Shown here piece after piece: positions 34,761 to 47,055 of a stretch of 64,000 nt of DNA. Each line of letters begins with the position of its first letter. Positions within the stretch are counted from its first letter, which is position 1. Made by a program: the position numbers and the translations under genes. The notes below the pieces were generated by a model. That model was not told the origin of the DNA and did not search any database. It was given only the letters and a program-made list of their open reading frames with translations. Origin of the DNA: Camelus dromedarius (lineage: Eukaryota); the NCBI RefSeq assembly GCF_036321535.1, contig NC_087440.1, forward strand, positions 29,388,001 to 29,452,000, written 5' to 3'.

Positions 34761-37229
34761 CAGCTTTTCTTCTCAGCCATCAGTCTTGCTCAGCAACCTC
34801 AGATTCACACCAGCTTGGGAAGCAACAACCTACCTTCCATGGTTCTCTCCACTAATTCTCATTATTGTGTGAAGTCTAATCTTTGCAGTTAATCCCTTAA
34901 TCCGTGTCACTCTTTGTGGTTCATCTACGCTCATCATATGCTGACTGATACATGTGCTATATTCAAAAGCAAAATTGTCTGAAAACTCCCCTTCTTCTAG
35001 TATCCTCACTGGTTTTAGTATTGAGCTTAAGCTGATTCATTGAGAAAGTCAGAGAAAATTTCATTATTTTCTGCTCTTATCTTTATAATTTTTCATTCTT
35101 TTACTCTTTTACTCTTCTTTAGATATTTTTCCCCCGATTTCTCATATTGGACCCCAAGCTTACTAATTTTTCTATATTTTAACTTGGTATTTGGGACTAA
35201 AAATGTTATTCAGAAGTTTTGATATGTAGTCTATTTTAATTCTTCAGTTCTAAATGTTTTTATCCTTGCCATTATGATTTTTTTTAACTTATGACTTACT
35301 TATAAAGCTTTTATTTTTCTTATTTCCAAAGGTTCAGGATTCTGTTTTTGAGGGGGGAGAGGGGGTTTGGTAAGGGAAAAGAAAAAAAGGCGGTGGGGGG
35401 AAGCTTCAAAAAATACAAAAAGTAGACATTTTTATTAATGTTTATGTTACCACTGTTTTGTTCTTACTGGCAGGTGATTTACAGAAAAGATGGAGGCATT
35501 GCTGTATGAATCGGAGGTGTTGACGAGTGCTCATATTCAAAGGAAGAAGGTAACGTTTTCCTATTAAAGCAGGCACTTTTTAGGACTGAGAATGCGATCG
35601 AGTTAGAGCATTAATCTGAATCAATGAAAGTTTATTTCATTGTGAAACAGTTTTATTCCAAATAAACTAGGAAATGAGCTGTCAGTTCAAGAATCAAAAC
35701 TTGTAATGTGAGCAGAATGCCTTACCTCACTGGTGAGAAATCACCATCCCCTCGTCCACAGATAAAGGAGCAGTGATCTGGTTCAGGGAGAGCCCTGAGT
35801 CTGTGTAAATGGGTTTTCACCCCCTTTCTTTTTGGGGGTGTGTGCTTTACTAATGAGATTTAGGTAGAAAGGCTAGCCTCTACCTGCCTTATAGTTTACA
35901 GTATAATCACATATTTTCTTTCTTTTACTGTACAGTAAGGAAAAGCCATGTAATCTCTTTGCGCCATGATTATTTTAGTTGCTTCAGTTCAGACTTCTTT
36001 TTCTCCATGTGTGAAAGCCAGTGAGAAATGAGAGATGGGGACAGCAGATCCAAAAGGACTCTGGGATCCAGGTAGAAACTCTATTTGACAAGGAAGCAGT
36101 ACAGCTGTAAAAGTTGTATGGCCTCCCTTTTAAAACTTGGATAACTTAAATAGGTATATTGATGATAACCCAATTATATGTTATTCTTGAAGAACCTTCC
36201 TATATAGGTAGATTTAAGATTCTTAAAGAAAATTGAGAAATTTAAATGTCTTAAACATCTCTCAGATGCAATGGAATCCTATCTAATTGGCTTAGACAGA
36301 CCACTGAGATAAACACCAGGATGGGGTCTTAATGCCTCCCTTCAAAAATTCAAAAGATCAGTCCCAAACTTCTAATTTATAATGTTCTAGATTGAATAAA
36401 GAAAAGTTCAGGTTTTGCAAGCTCTAGACTGCTTACAAAAAGAGTTATATTTAAATTTAAGATACTGGAGGAAATAAAGAGATAGCCAAGGAATCTACAG
36501 CAAAACTGATTTCCAAGTTTAAGGAACCAGAAAAATTGTTGTCAACATGCAAGAATTCAGAGAATAGCATCCTCAAGAGGCCTTCCTGAGGACTAGAGTA
36601 GAGAGGAAGCCTCAGACAACAAAAATGACTAAAGACATTGACTACAGGCTGTGGCACTGAACACTAGCTGCTGTCATTCCAAAAACAGACAGCAATATTT
36701 CAGGGTTCTCCGAATAAAAGAGCACAACCCCATCTATACTTGTCTTGCAGATGGTATCCAACCGCATATGATCCAGTCAGTCTCTTTATTTGTGATTTGC
36801 AGAAAATGTAGAGGACAGAGGTACATGTTGAACTGTACTGTATGCATGCAACCTGCACATTCCAGACTGAGGGAGATGCTGCAGGGTAAATAGTTCTTCA
36901 AAGGATAAATTGTTCAGAAATGGAAGGGATAGTAGGAAGGAGACTTGTAGGTTAACAGAAAAGGAAACACAGTGGACCAGATGAAATTTGAATGTCTTAG
37001 GATGTATACTTGGGTATACATGTATGCATATAAATGTAAAGAAATGCAGAAAATGTATTACTGGAAAAGTTGGGGTAGTGGTTAATTTGGGGAGGAGAGA
37101 GAGTTGTGTTTGAAATGGACAAATGTGAGAGCTTCAGCGGTGTCTGGCAAGGTTCTATTTTGTGACCTGAGATGTGGTTGTTTATAATAGTGTTTGCCTT
37201 CTATTTCATTAAGCTATACATTTTGTGTA

Positions 37230-37795
37230 TTTTTCTTTACTTGGTTTTACTCTATAATACAAGGCTACAGTGATACAAAAAAAAAGAATATCATTATAGT
37301 AGATATTACTGATTGACTCAGCCTCCAATCCACCCTCCTCTAGGATGTTTCTGTTGCATAAAAAACTTGAAATCTGTAAACTGCTTTTTATAGCCAAAGT
37401 TTTCTATGCAAATTAGTTTCCACCAATTAGGTGCACCAACAGGAGCTTTAGAAGGCAGAGGTGAGGCAGAGGGCAGTACGGGTGTAATCGCTCCTGGTGA
37501 GCAAGGTGATGAGATGCAGGGAGAAGTGACTGCGGCAGCCGGACCTGCATCCTAGTGACTCTGCACTAGCTGCACGGGTGTTGAAGAGAGTGAGGCAATG
37601 GCAGTAGCATCGAGGCTTTTTGACCTTAAAATCTCACTACTGGGGTCTCTTCTGGAACCCAGCAACTCCAGTAGTGGCCCCCAAGTCTTACTTCTCTAGC
37701 TCTTCCAATGATTTCATAAGCATCAAACACACTGTGTTAAATCTGCCTAATATCTTCAGTGTTTTCTCTTTTCTTCACTGAAGGCCATCTGATAT
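37230..37795 (+). mobile_element. ERVL-type LTR (LTR33-like)
   Basis: GC-richer block ending actgaaggccatctgatata (ERVL LTR-type end ctgactgataca). Start approximate. Confidence 0.45.
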
Positions 37796-39419
37796 AATTA
37801 TGCTGACAAGATGAAAAAGTAGCAATAGATGCAGAATTATGTAGAAACAAATTCCTAGTTTAAGTGCACTTTCTAGCACTAGTATTTTCAGTCTAAGATA
37901 CACTTTCTCCTTTAAATTTGCTTTGGTGAGTGGAAAAGCGGAAAATTAAGCTTTTATTGATGGCTTCAGAGAATTAGCAGAATTACAAGGCAAAAAACAA
38001 AGGTAGGCAAATTAATAGTAGGCTGGCAATTAGTAGTCATAAAAAGGCTACTAAGGAAGGGAAAAAAACCTGGAACCTCTAGGGCTAAACATTTCTTTAA
38101 TAACAGTAAATTGTAAAGAGATAGTTAAATATAAATTGGTATACACCTTCTCCCTATCTTGGCAGTGTAAATTATGGGACTAAAATATAAAAATACAAAC
38201 ACAATATTTTAGTACATGCTAGATGTTGGGATGCATCAATGTATGTATGTATGTGTGTGTGTGTGTGTATATATATATATGTATTTAATGAAAAAAATAT
38301 CTATATGTATTTAATGAAAAAATCAGAAAGAAAAAGATAAAATGTCAATTGAAATATACCACCAACCATACAGACAGAGTATATCAACCCATGATCCACG
38401 TCACAGTTCCAATCTTATTGGGATGTTGGTCCTTCTAACTACTGCATATGTTGCGTGTATTTACCTCATGGTATAACTAATAGCATTAAAAATAATTCAC
38501 AACAACAAAATATAGCCTAATCTTTATAAAATTAACCATTGTAACAGAAGCATATAAATTGAAAGACTGTCAAATTGCTCAGTGGATTTTATTGGACTGA
38601 GAGTGCATGCAAGAAGTTTATATGAATTAGGTTTCCATGGCTGTTTTTTTTTCTCCTGGCTTTCAATCTGGATACATGCATCCAGAGGTCACCATGCAAA
38701 ATAATAATAGTGAAGACGCAGGGAGAGAAGATGGTTATTTCAGCTTTCTCATCAATTTTGCTTTAACTGTTTTGTCTAAAAGTTCATTTGAGAAGCAAGG
38801 TTTCATTGATCATTGTTTAAGTATGAAAGCATGTGTATAAAGAGTCTGAATATATTCAAATGCTGGCATCTTCCAAGAACTTCTTCCATTTGGCAGCAGA
38901 GTCCAGTGATCACATTATCTCAGGCTCTTGTCAATGTAGAAAAATTATTCACATAAAACGGTTCATACACAAAATTTTACTTATCTATCTAACCTACTAT
39001 TCACTAATCTATTTATTTATCTATGTCTTCACTTTAATAATATAGAGGATCAAAAATCATCATTCTTATTCTGTCCAAAATCGTGGTGAAAATCCAATCT
39101 AAAATCAATAATTTAATAATTACTCATTATAAAGAAGCAATTAAATAATAATTAAACAAAAATTTGGAATTTCTCTTGATTCATAAAAATTATGAGCAGT
39201 GAGAAAAACAAGCTTCTAGAAGCGTGAATTAATATAAGAACCAATGTAGTTTTCTAGTGGAAGTTACTTTCAATTTTCCAAGTTAATCCTGATACACATT
39301 AATTTTATGCACACATATGTAGACACAAATATTTAAAATTCATAAAATAAAAATTTACCTTTCAAATTAAACATGTCAGTTTTTAGCTTAGGAGTACCAG
39401 GTTCCTTAAAAATATCCAG

Positions 39420-39620
39420 AGTTGTTCAGAATGATATTATAATAACATTTATTGGACACATGCTTTATATGAATGACTTAATTCCTCAAACAACTCTGTG
39501 GTGCAGATACCATTATTATGTCCTTTTACAGATGTAGAAACTGAGGCTAAGTGACATTAGGTATCTTGCCCAAGTTTACACCAACAACGAACAGTAGAAT
39601 AGGCATTTAACATGGATAAA
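39420..39620 (-). mobile_element. MIR
   Basis: cctcaaaacaactctgtgg...ttttacagatgtagaaactgaggctaagtgacattaggtatcttgcccaag. Confidence 0.8.
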
Positions 39621-39655
39621 AAGATGCATGAGTCTAAGTCTTTTATCTCTACATT

Positions 39656-39838
39656 CAGGGGGGATCCAGGGTCTGCAGAGCCTAAAGTTTATGCAAATCT
39701 AAAGGGACTTATTTAAGGAAAAAAAAGAGCCAAAATTAAGGATAAATGGTTGCTGGGATCCATTCCAGGGCGTTGGGAAAAAACCATGCAAAGGAGGGGG
39801 TCTAAAACTTCACCTTCAATGTAAATCCATCATCACTG
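39656..39838. mobile_element. Probable hAT-Tip100-type MITE
   Basis: cagggggggatccagg...gcctaaagtttatgcaa...aatgtaaatccatcatcactg, with imperfect terminal inverted repeats. Family assignment from recall only. Confidence 0.4.
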
Positions 39839-40409
39839 CACTATATAGTATTCTGAAATTTTCCTCAAATGATTTTAGATGTATACATCATTTACAGTTT
39901 TTATTGTCATTACACATGACAATTCCTTCATGTATTACAATTTACATTTTATCATTTCAGCTAGACCTGATTTTTATAGTTTTTTCACCTGCATTCAATT
40001 ATACTGCTCAATTTTACAAAGCAGCTTTTTACAATTTTTAAAAGCTCAGAGGTTTGGCATTGCCAAATTTCCCAAGCACCTAAAGGAATATGAGGTTGCT
40101 TGTCAACATAGTCTTCTTATAAATTCTCCATATCTTATTGCTCCTTCAATTGTGTTATTGGAAATTCAGACCATTTAAAGCTATCCTCAACTTGGTATGT
40201 TTTTACTAGCTGATTTCTTTTCATCTAGCATGCTTTGCAAAACATTATTTCTGCCTTTAGATGCCCTAGTGGCAAATGGCACCATCTTTAGTAACTGCTT
40301 AAGGAGCCTGTGGCCATGTCACTGTACTTAGACTTGGTAAAAGTATCAGCATCGTGTTGAGGAGACATGGTGAGAAAATAATCCACCTGTAACTCCTGAT
40401 TAAGATTTA

Positions 40410-40538
40410 GGGGGGAGGATATAGGTCAGTGGTAGAGTGAATGCACAGCATGCACGAGGGCCTGGGTTCAATCCCCAGCACCTCCATTAAACAAACAAAC
40501 AAACAAACCTAATTACTTCCCCGCTAAAAGCAAAACAA
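40410..40538 (+). mobile_element. tRNA-derived SINE, camelid Vic-1 type
   Basis: ggggggaggatataggtcagtggtagagtg...ctgggttcaatccccagcacctcc with A and B boxes and an (aaac)n tail. TSD aagattta at 40402-40409 and 40539-40546. Confidence 0.88.
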
Positions 40539-42701
40539 AAGATTTAAGTGCTTATGTAATATGAAGAGGTATCTTGTATGTTGACTGCTCATTCCGAGCA
40601 CCAGAGAAAGTGTTTAGTTCCCTTTATATATGGAAATTCTCCAGAAGCTATCTATGGTCCTTTTCATTCTCAGCTACATGGCCTTACTCTCGATTCAACT
40701 TCTCAGTTTCATTGCTGACTTGCCTTCCAGAATTGTCTGCTGATCAGTTATACTGTTGAGGTTTTTGGCAAATGTCTTTAAGTTTTAGAATTCTCCACAT
40801 AAGCACTAAAGATTGATGATATCCCTTTAAAAAGACTCTACAGTTTTATCTCGCAAAAAGCAATTCATTTAAAAACATATTTCCTATTATTTGAAAGAAT
40901 TATTTGGAGCATTTCTAAAACAACAACTAGAAAATTTCTCTGTGTGTTCCTTCATCCTGAACATATTGGCAGATGTAACTGAAACTGAAAGTTCACACAT
41001 ACAACCAAAATTCTTCCATTTGTATCCCTATTTCAAATAGGATTATGCTATTATTTTGCAGATATAAACACTTTTTTCCTGTGTTAATACTGCAGACATT
41101 TTATTCAACAAGTTCAAAAATGCCTAGACTTTAAACACAATGTACAACTTTTAAACTGCAAAGTTGTTCCCTTGTTTGTTTAATACATTAATGAAGAAAA
41201 TAAAAAATACACACTGATGAGGAAAAAAAATTCCTCATATCATTTGGCTTAAAATGAAAAGTTAGGAATTTTACTTTCTTGACTTCTCTCTTATCAATCA
41301 ATGTAATTAGTGCATATAGAATTCTTGGTTTTCTCTGTTTACTCAATAATGCCAGAAAAGAATAACAACTTGATATCTATCAAACACTATGGTTGCAACA
41401 GATCTTTCCTCTTGTGGATGCAAGCTGGAAAATATATTGGACACCATATTTCATAGATATCATTTAGTGAATGAAAAAATGGTTAATTCTTTCACGTTTG
41501 CCATCAATTAAAGTAGATGATTTGCAAAGCAAGGCATCCAAGAGATTTCTTGACCTTCAATGCTTGCAATTCCAGTACCTTCCAGCAGGTGGTAATGATA
41601 CCTTCTGACCCTTGAAGCTAACTTTGAACCTAGCATTCTCATCCAAAACAGTAAAAAAAACCAAAAAAAAAAAAAAACCAGAAACAAAAATCCTTCATAT
41701 ACAGAACTATTACTTTGATAGTGTATTACTAAGCACAGATTTCTTATTTTTGCTTCCAAATATTAAAAGGAAAAAGTAATTTAATGACCATTTAAAGCAA
41801 TGTAATACTTTAAAAGGAAGGCATAAACTCTCCATTAATTCATTATTGTCATAAACTCTCCCTCTTAATTTAATTCTGATTTTAACTTTCCAAGCATTAA
41901 ACTGACATTAGTGTCTGTATGAAGCAAGTGTACTGCTTTGAAATTCATTTCATACTATTTTCTATTTGCAGAATTCTGTAGCCTCTTTATTCAGTTGGCA
42001 TTATGAGGAGTTATCATGACTACATTTCTTTGCTTATTAGCTAAATGTCAATGGTGGTGACTTCTCTACTTACAGCATTTTTCTTTGGACCTCATCAATA
42101 TTTGTAATGAAATATATCCAGAGTTTCTTTAATAGAAGAACTCACAAGTTTGTTTAAATGTTAAGTAGTAATGACTCAGGGATGCGCATAGAAAATCATC
42201 ACCTATCTATGAGGGGCTCCTCCTATAGCAGTATAGAATTTCTAAGGCTTATAGAAATCTTACTTTAGGGACAATTTGTTGTAGTTTAGGGACAATTCAT
42301 TGAGTAATTCAGTTGTTAGTTGTCTGTAAATGTCATTATCTCCTAGTTCTCCTTTAATCTACACTTTCTCTTCTCATTTTTTGTTCCTCTTTTCCAATGA
42401 ATAAAGTATTAATATTGAATTTCCTAACTGAAACAATCAGTTTTGGCATTTTTATGGATATTCTTTGCTTCTGCAAGAAATTGCTTCTGTCAGCTTGCTT
42501 TTCTAACATTGAAAGTATATTTAAAATATTTGTATGAGAATAGTTTTAACATGAACTTAACTTGTGCTGTCACAAGTTTTGGCAGTTGCAATTTGGTGAG
42601 GACTATAGAAATAAGAACCTAACATATGCCACGTACACAAAAATTGTGGCACTTAATGACTAGGAATAAAACTAGAAGTTAACTAAAACTAGAAGTTAAA
42701 A

Positions 42702-43655
42702 CTAAAAATAATATGAAGAAGTTGTCTTGTTGGAATTTAAAAGCTTATTCTTCAGTTTCCTCATAGCTGTCTTCACTTCCTGATTCCTCAAAGTATAGAT
42801 TACTGGGTTCAGAATGGGAGTAAAGATGGTATAAAACACAGACAGGATCTTGTCTACCAGAAAACTGCTTAGTGGCCACATATAGATGAAGATGCAGGGC
42901 CCAAAGAACATGAAGACCACAATGAAATGAGCTGTGCAGGTAGAAAGAACCTTAGATGATCCTTTTGAAGAATGATTCTTGATAGTAACTAGGACAATAA
43001 CATAAGAATTGAACAAAAGAATAAAGCAGGACAAGGCAATTACGCCACTTGTTGAAATCATAAAGAGGCCCAGGACGTAAGTATCCACACATGCCAGCTG
43101 GAACACCACAGGAAGGTCACAGAAAAAGCTGTCTACCTCATTGGGACCACAGAATGGTAATGTGAGAGCAAATATGACCTGGCTCATTGAGTGCATGACC
43201 CCCACAACCCAGGAAGCCACCACAAGAGCAACACATACCTGGGGACTTACGATTGAAGCATAGTGGAGAGGCTTGCAAATTGCAGTATACCGATCAAAAG
43301 ACATAGCCATAAGTAAAATAATCTCAGTACCAGTGAAAAGGTGTAGAAAAAATATCTGGGTGATGCAGCCATCAAAGGAGATGGTTTTGTGTCCAGTGAG
43401 GTAGTCTGTAATCATCTTAGGGGTGGCAAAGGAAGCAAGAGACATATCAATGATGGAGAGATTGGTAAGCAGGAAATACATAGGAGAGTGCAGGTGAGAG
43501 TCAGCTATAACTGTGATGACTATGAGGCTGTTACCCACCACTGTTGCCACATAAAACAGTGAAAACACCATGAAGAAAAACATCTGTAGTTTCCAGGAGT
43601 TAGAGAGTCCCAGCAAGGCAAATTCAGAAACAGCAGACTTGTTGGCCACGTCCAT
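42702..43655 (-). CDS. OR4K2: Olfactory receptor OR4K2 orthologue, 317 aa
   Basis: MDVANKSAVSEF...YFLLTNLSIIDMSLASFATPKMITDYLTGHKTISFDGC...SPQVCVALVVASW...DLPVVFQLACVDTYVLGLFMISTSG closely matches human OR4K2 as recalled. ATG at 43655, acceptor at 43679-43680. Confidence 0.92.
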   Translation of the reverse strand: MDVANKSAVSEFALLGLSNSWKLQMFFFMVFSLFYVATVVGNSLIVITVIADSHLHSPMYFLLTNLSIIDMSLASFATPKMITDYLTGHKTISFDGCITQIFFLHLFTGTEIILLMAMSFDRYTAICKPLHYASIVSPQVCVALVVASWVVGVMHSMSQVIFALTLPFCGPNEVDSFFCDLPVVFQLACVDTYVLGLFMISTSGVIALSCFILLFNSYVIVLVTIKNHSSKGSSKVLSTCTAHFIVVFMFFGPCIFIYMWPLSSFLVDKILSVFYTIFTPILNPVIYTLRNQEVKTAMRKLKNKLLNSNKTTSSYYF

Positions 43656-45699
43656 TGTCCTGATTGATAGGCGGAAGTCTGTATTAAAGAAAAACATCAA
43701 GAGAAACTATGAGTCAAGTGAAGCAAAAGCTCCATGTCCAAGAATCCACTTCCATAGACTTTGTTTCCTCTATGAAAACCTATCTTTACTATTCTTTCCA
43801 TCCTCATTTTTGGTGTATTGTTTTGAAAGATAATTATAGGATATTAGAGATCATAGTGAAATACGACTTAAGTCATAGATGGTGAAAATAACACTTTCCC
43901 TTCTGGTGCTAATGGGCAATCCAAATGAGATTATATCATCTTAAATATTTACTTATCCACATATTTGTCCATTAATCTGTGCAATCCTAAAGATAATAGC
44001 TCACATTTAGTAAGCACTTACTTTGGACTCACAATGTGTTAAACACACACACACACGGTTAGTCATTTAGAGTTTATCCATAAGGATATCCTTACTGAAA
44101 GAACATATAAAAAATATGTAACATATAAGTGACATGGGCTTTTAGGTAACATTATAGAGGGTTTTTAATGAACAGTTGCAGAACTCTTGTAAATTTCCAA
44201 AGAATTTTTAACATATGCACAAATAAAAGTTGTCTGATTGAAACGCATCAGAAACACAGAGAAAATTAGTTTTGCTGGTATTTATCCAGTGGCAGAAGAC
44301 TGATTATCACACAGTATACACAGTATATATACACAGTATATAGTATTACCACAGTAGTCATACAGCCCAAGAAAAGACATTTTACTTCTTTTTTCTTGAT
44401 TTCTTTTTTTTTTTAAACAGCAGTCTGTTCCATGTACAAATACTTATAATTTTATGACTTGAAATTTTGTTTTGTCTCCTAAAGGATATCACATTATTTC
44501 TATGGGAAAGAACTCAAAGATCAATCTCATTAGTCCTACTCCTGTTTGACTTCTCCCTTCATATATGCCAACATATGCAAACTATTTTATTGATCTCAGC
44601 CCCGCGGAATAGGGGTTAGGAGATGGATGTATGGAAGGCAGACAGCAGAGCTGTCTTTAACTTACCAGATCTATAACAGAATCCAGGCTTTAGATTATTC
44701 AGTGTTGAGTAGGCTCTAACAGAGAGCATATAGGAGGCAATTTTAAATATAAGTAAATGACCTAGTTGAATCATTAGTTGTTTAGCAGTTGTAGGTAAAA
44801 TGGGTGTTGTAGGGATTTGGGAATTGACCAAGAAGTCATCTTGCAATGGGATCTATTAAACAACAAAAATGGTATTATTTGCTTCACAACAGTAAGATAT
44901 ATCCAGAGTCTTATGGGAATTTACAATGATTGTTTTTACCTGGACCTGAGAGATTCAGGAAATGGAAGTTGGGAAAGCCATCATTTGAGGTAGCAGGAGA
45001 TAGCAAGTCAATGAATTTTAATAAGCACTTGATTATCTAACCCTGCTCTAAAGGCAGTAAAGAATAAAATCCAGAAACATTCCCTTCTGCTTCAGGTAAT
45101 TTATAGTTCCTTGGCAGATATTGAATACCTATAAATAAAAAAATTGGTGAAAAAAATACAGCCCAAAAAATCAATTGTTCAACCAGTTCTTAAAGATAGT
45201 GAACTAGATTTTCGATAAAGGAAAATTTACAATGTGCATAGTAAATAAAGAAAGTGTTCTTGCAGAAGAAATGTCATGAACTTGACCTATAATGAAAACT
45301 AAAATTTTGTTTGGCAAGGGAAAAAAAACATGTAGGGAATAGAATAGTGGAACTTATTTACAGGAACAAGATATTCAGTCAACAGGTTGGAAGAACAAGA
45401 ATGCCACTATAAAATAGAACTTGATGTAAAGGATGACAAAGATACACTGTAAGACTCTAGGCAGATTATGATGATTTGAAGTCAATGTTTTGTAAGGATT
45501 TACATGGATGGTTTCAAGAAGAGAGGCAGGGGATTATTAAATGAAATAGGTATAAGAAGATCACTTTGACTAAGGTATCAGTAATGTAAATGTTATTGAG
45601 ATTAGTAAAATCAGAATTCCATATAACTGTCATTTTGAGTTATTTATTTATTGAACAATTGGCTATCTTATTTTACCTAGTCCATCTCTTCAGGAACCC

Positions 45700-45975
45700 T
45701 TCATTGCTGTGGGAGGAGTATAATTCCCACTTTATTTACCAAAGCTTTGGAAATATGACTTGCTTTATTCAATGTAATATGAGTAGAAGTTTCATGTGCT
45801 ACATATGAGCAGAAGTCTTATGATTCAATGAATGATTGCACTATTGCTCTTATTCCATCTGCCTGGGTCCCAGGATAAAGAGATAAGAGAGGGAGGCTGG
45901 ATGGGCAGGCCGTGCTCATGGATGTAGATACAATCATATGAAGATGTCAGTTATCTCCTAATTGTTGCATACATT
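45700..45975 (+). mobile_element. Old MaLR LTR (MLT1H-J-like)
   Basis: tgacttgctttattcaatgtaatatgagtagaagt...catctgcctgggtcccaggata. Confidence 0.55.
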
Positions 45976-45984
45976 TAACACCAT

Positions 45985-46560
45985 ATTAATCAATAGCCCA
46001 GCAAGCTTTTGTAGAATAAACAAATTCATTATAAAATTTCTGTGAAATTGCAAAAGACTTAAAATTGCCAAAATAGTTTGTTAGAAGAACAAATTTTTTA
46101 GGTTTACACAATCTGTCTTCAGCATGTAATGTAAAGCTATAGTAATCAATACAGTGTGGTGTTTGCCTAAGAGTAGATAAGTAGATGAATGCAACAGAAT
46201 GGAGGGTCCAAAAGAAATTCACAATTATGGTAACTGATTTTCAACAAAGCTGCCAGAGTAATTCAACAAGAAAGAATAGCCTATGTTAATAGTTCTTTGT
46301 TAACACAATTGGATAACCATATGCAAAAGTAAATAAATTGCCTCAATCCTTGTCTATACCTTACACAAAAATCATCTGGAAATGAATATAGATGTAAAAA
46401 CTAAAACTATAAAAGTCTTAGAATAAAACAAAGACTTGTGGCCTAGAGTTAGGCAAAAATGTCAGGAAAGACAAAAAGAAAAAAACCATAAAAAATTGAT
46501 AACTGGGGCTAAATCAGTATTTAAACTTCTGCTCTTTGAAAAGATAATGCTAAGTAAATG
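45985..46560 (+). mobile_element. L1 ORF2 3' fragment
   Basis: aaagctatagtaatcaatacagtgtgg...gattttcaacaaagctgccagagtaattcaa...ataccttacacaaaaatca. Confidence 0.8.
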
Positions 46561-46566
46561 AGAGCT

Positions 46567-46895
46567 GTACCACTGCCTGGAGGAAAACAATTTCTGGATT
46601 CAAGAATTAGCGGTAGCTGCTGACGTTGACCACGTGCTTTGCTTAGACCCACAGAACAGCTTCACATAGTTTTTCTACCAGCTCTCCCTTAATGACTCCT
46701 CCTTCATTGCCTATGTGGGCTTGGTTTCTGAGACTAACAGGTTAGTGCTGCTGCCTCTGGTTCTGTAACTCCCCATTTTATATCTGCACTTCCCCAGGTC
46801 ATTCCACAGTTGTTCAAAGTCTAATTTCTATGGTAAATCCCTTATCCCATAATACATAGTGCCTCTGCTTCCAAGGTTGAATTCTGACTGATATA
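46567..46895 (+). mobile_element. ERVL LTR 3' part (LTR41-like)
   Basis: Ends ggtaaatcccttatcccataatacatagtgcctctgcttccaaggttgaattctgactgatata. Confidence 0.55.
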
Positions 46896-46944
46896 ATTCC
46901 TAACCTAAGTAAAAACTAAGCCAGATATATTCAAAGAAGGTCAT

Positions 46945-47055
46945 TTTTTTTAAAGTATAGTTGATTTACAATATTTTATTAGCTTCAAGTGTACAGTATA
47001 GTGATTCAGTATTTTTATAGAACTTACTCCATTAAAAGTTATTACAAAATAATAA
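46945..47055 (-). mobile_element. Very short L1 3' end, antisense, inside an older L1
   Basis: ttttaaagtatagttgatttacaatatt...tactccattaaaagttattacaaaata, same family as 11668. Confidence 0.75.

Noticed and set aside
35351-35400. G-rich tract, possible G-quadruplex
   Set aside because: The G-runs are separated by long irregular loops, and there is no functional context.
38276-38322. 21-nt tandem duplication containing TTTAATGA
   Set aside because: It adjoins a compound microsatellite, and slippage explains it.
40410-40490. tRNA-like sequence with A and B boxes (also at 49327 and 62648)
   Set aside because: It has a SINE tail and TSDs and lacks a proper acceptor stem, so it is a retroposed SINE rather than a tRNA gene.
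42668-42706. Short tandem duplication (aactagaagtta x2) at the OR4K2 stop codon
   Set aside because: It is a small slippage event just 3' of the stop and does not affect the ORF.
43656-43700. N-terminal extension of OR4K2 (MMFFFNTDF), and the similar 39-aa extension of OR4K5 (3969-4085)
   Set aside because: The upstream starts lie 5' of the acceptor AGs, within or beyond the polypyrimidine tracts. The downstream Met matches the usual OR start.
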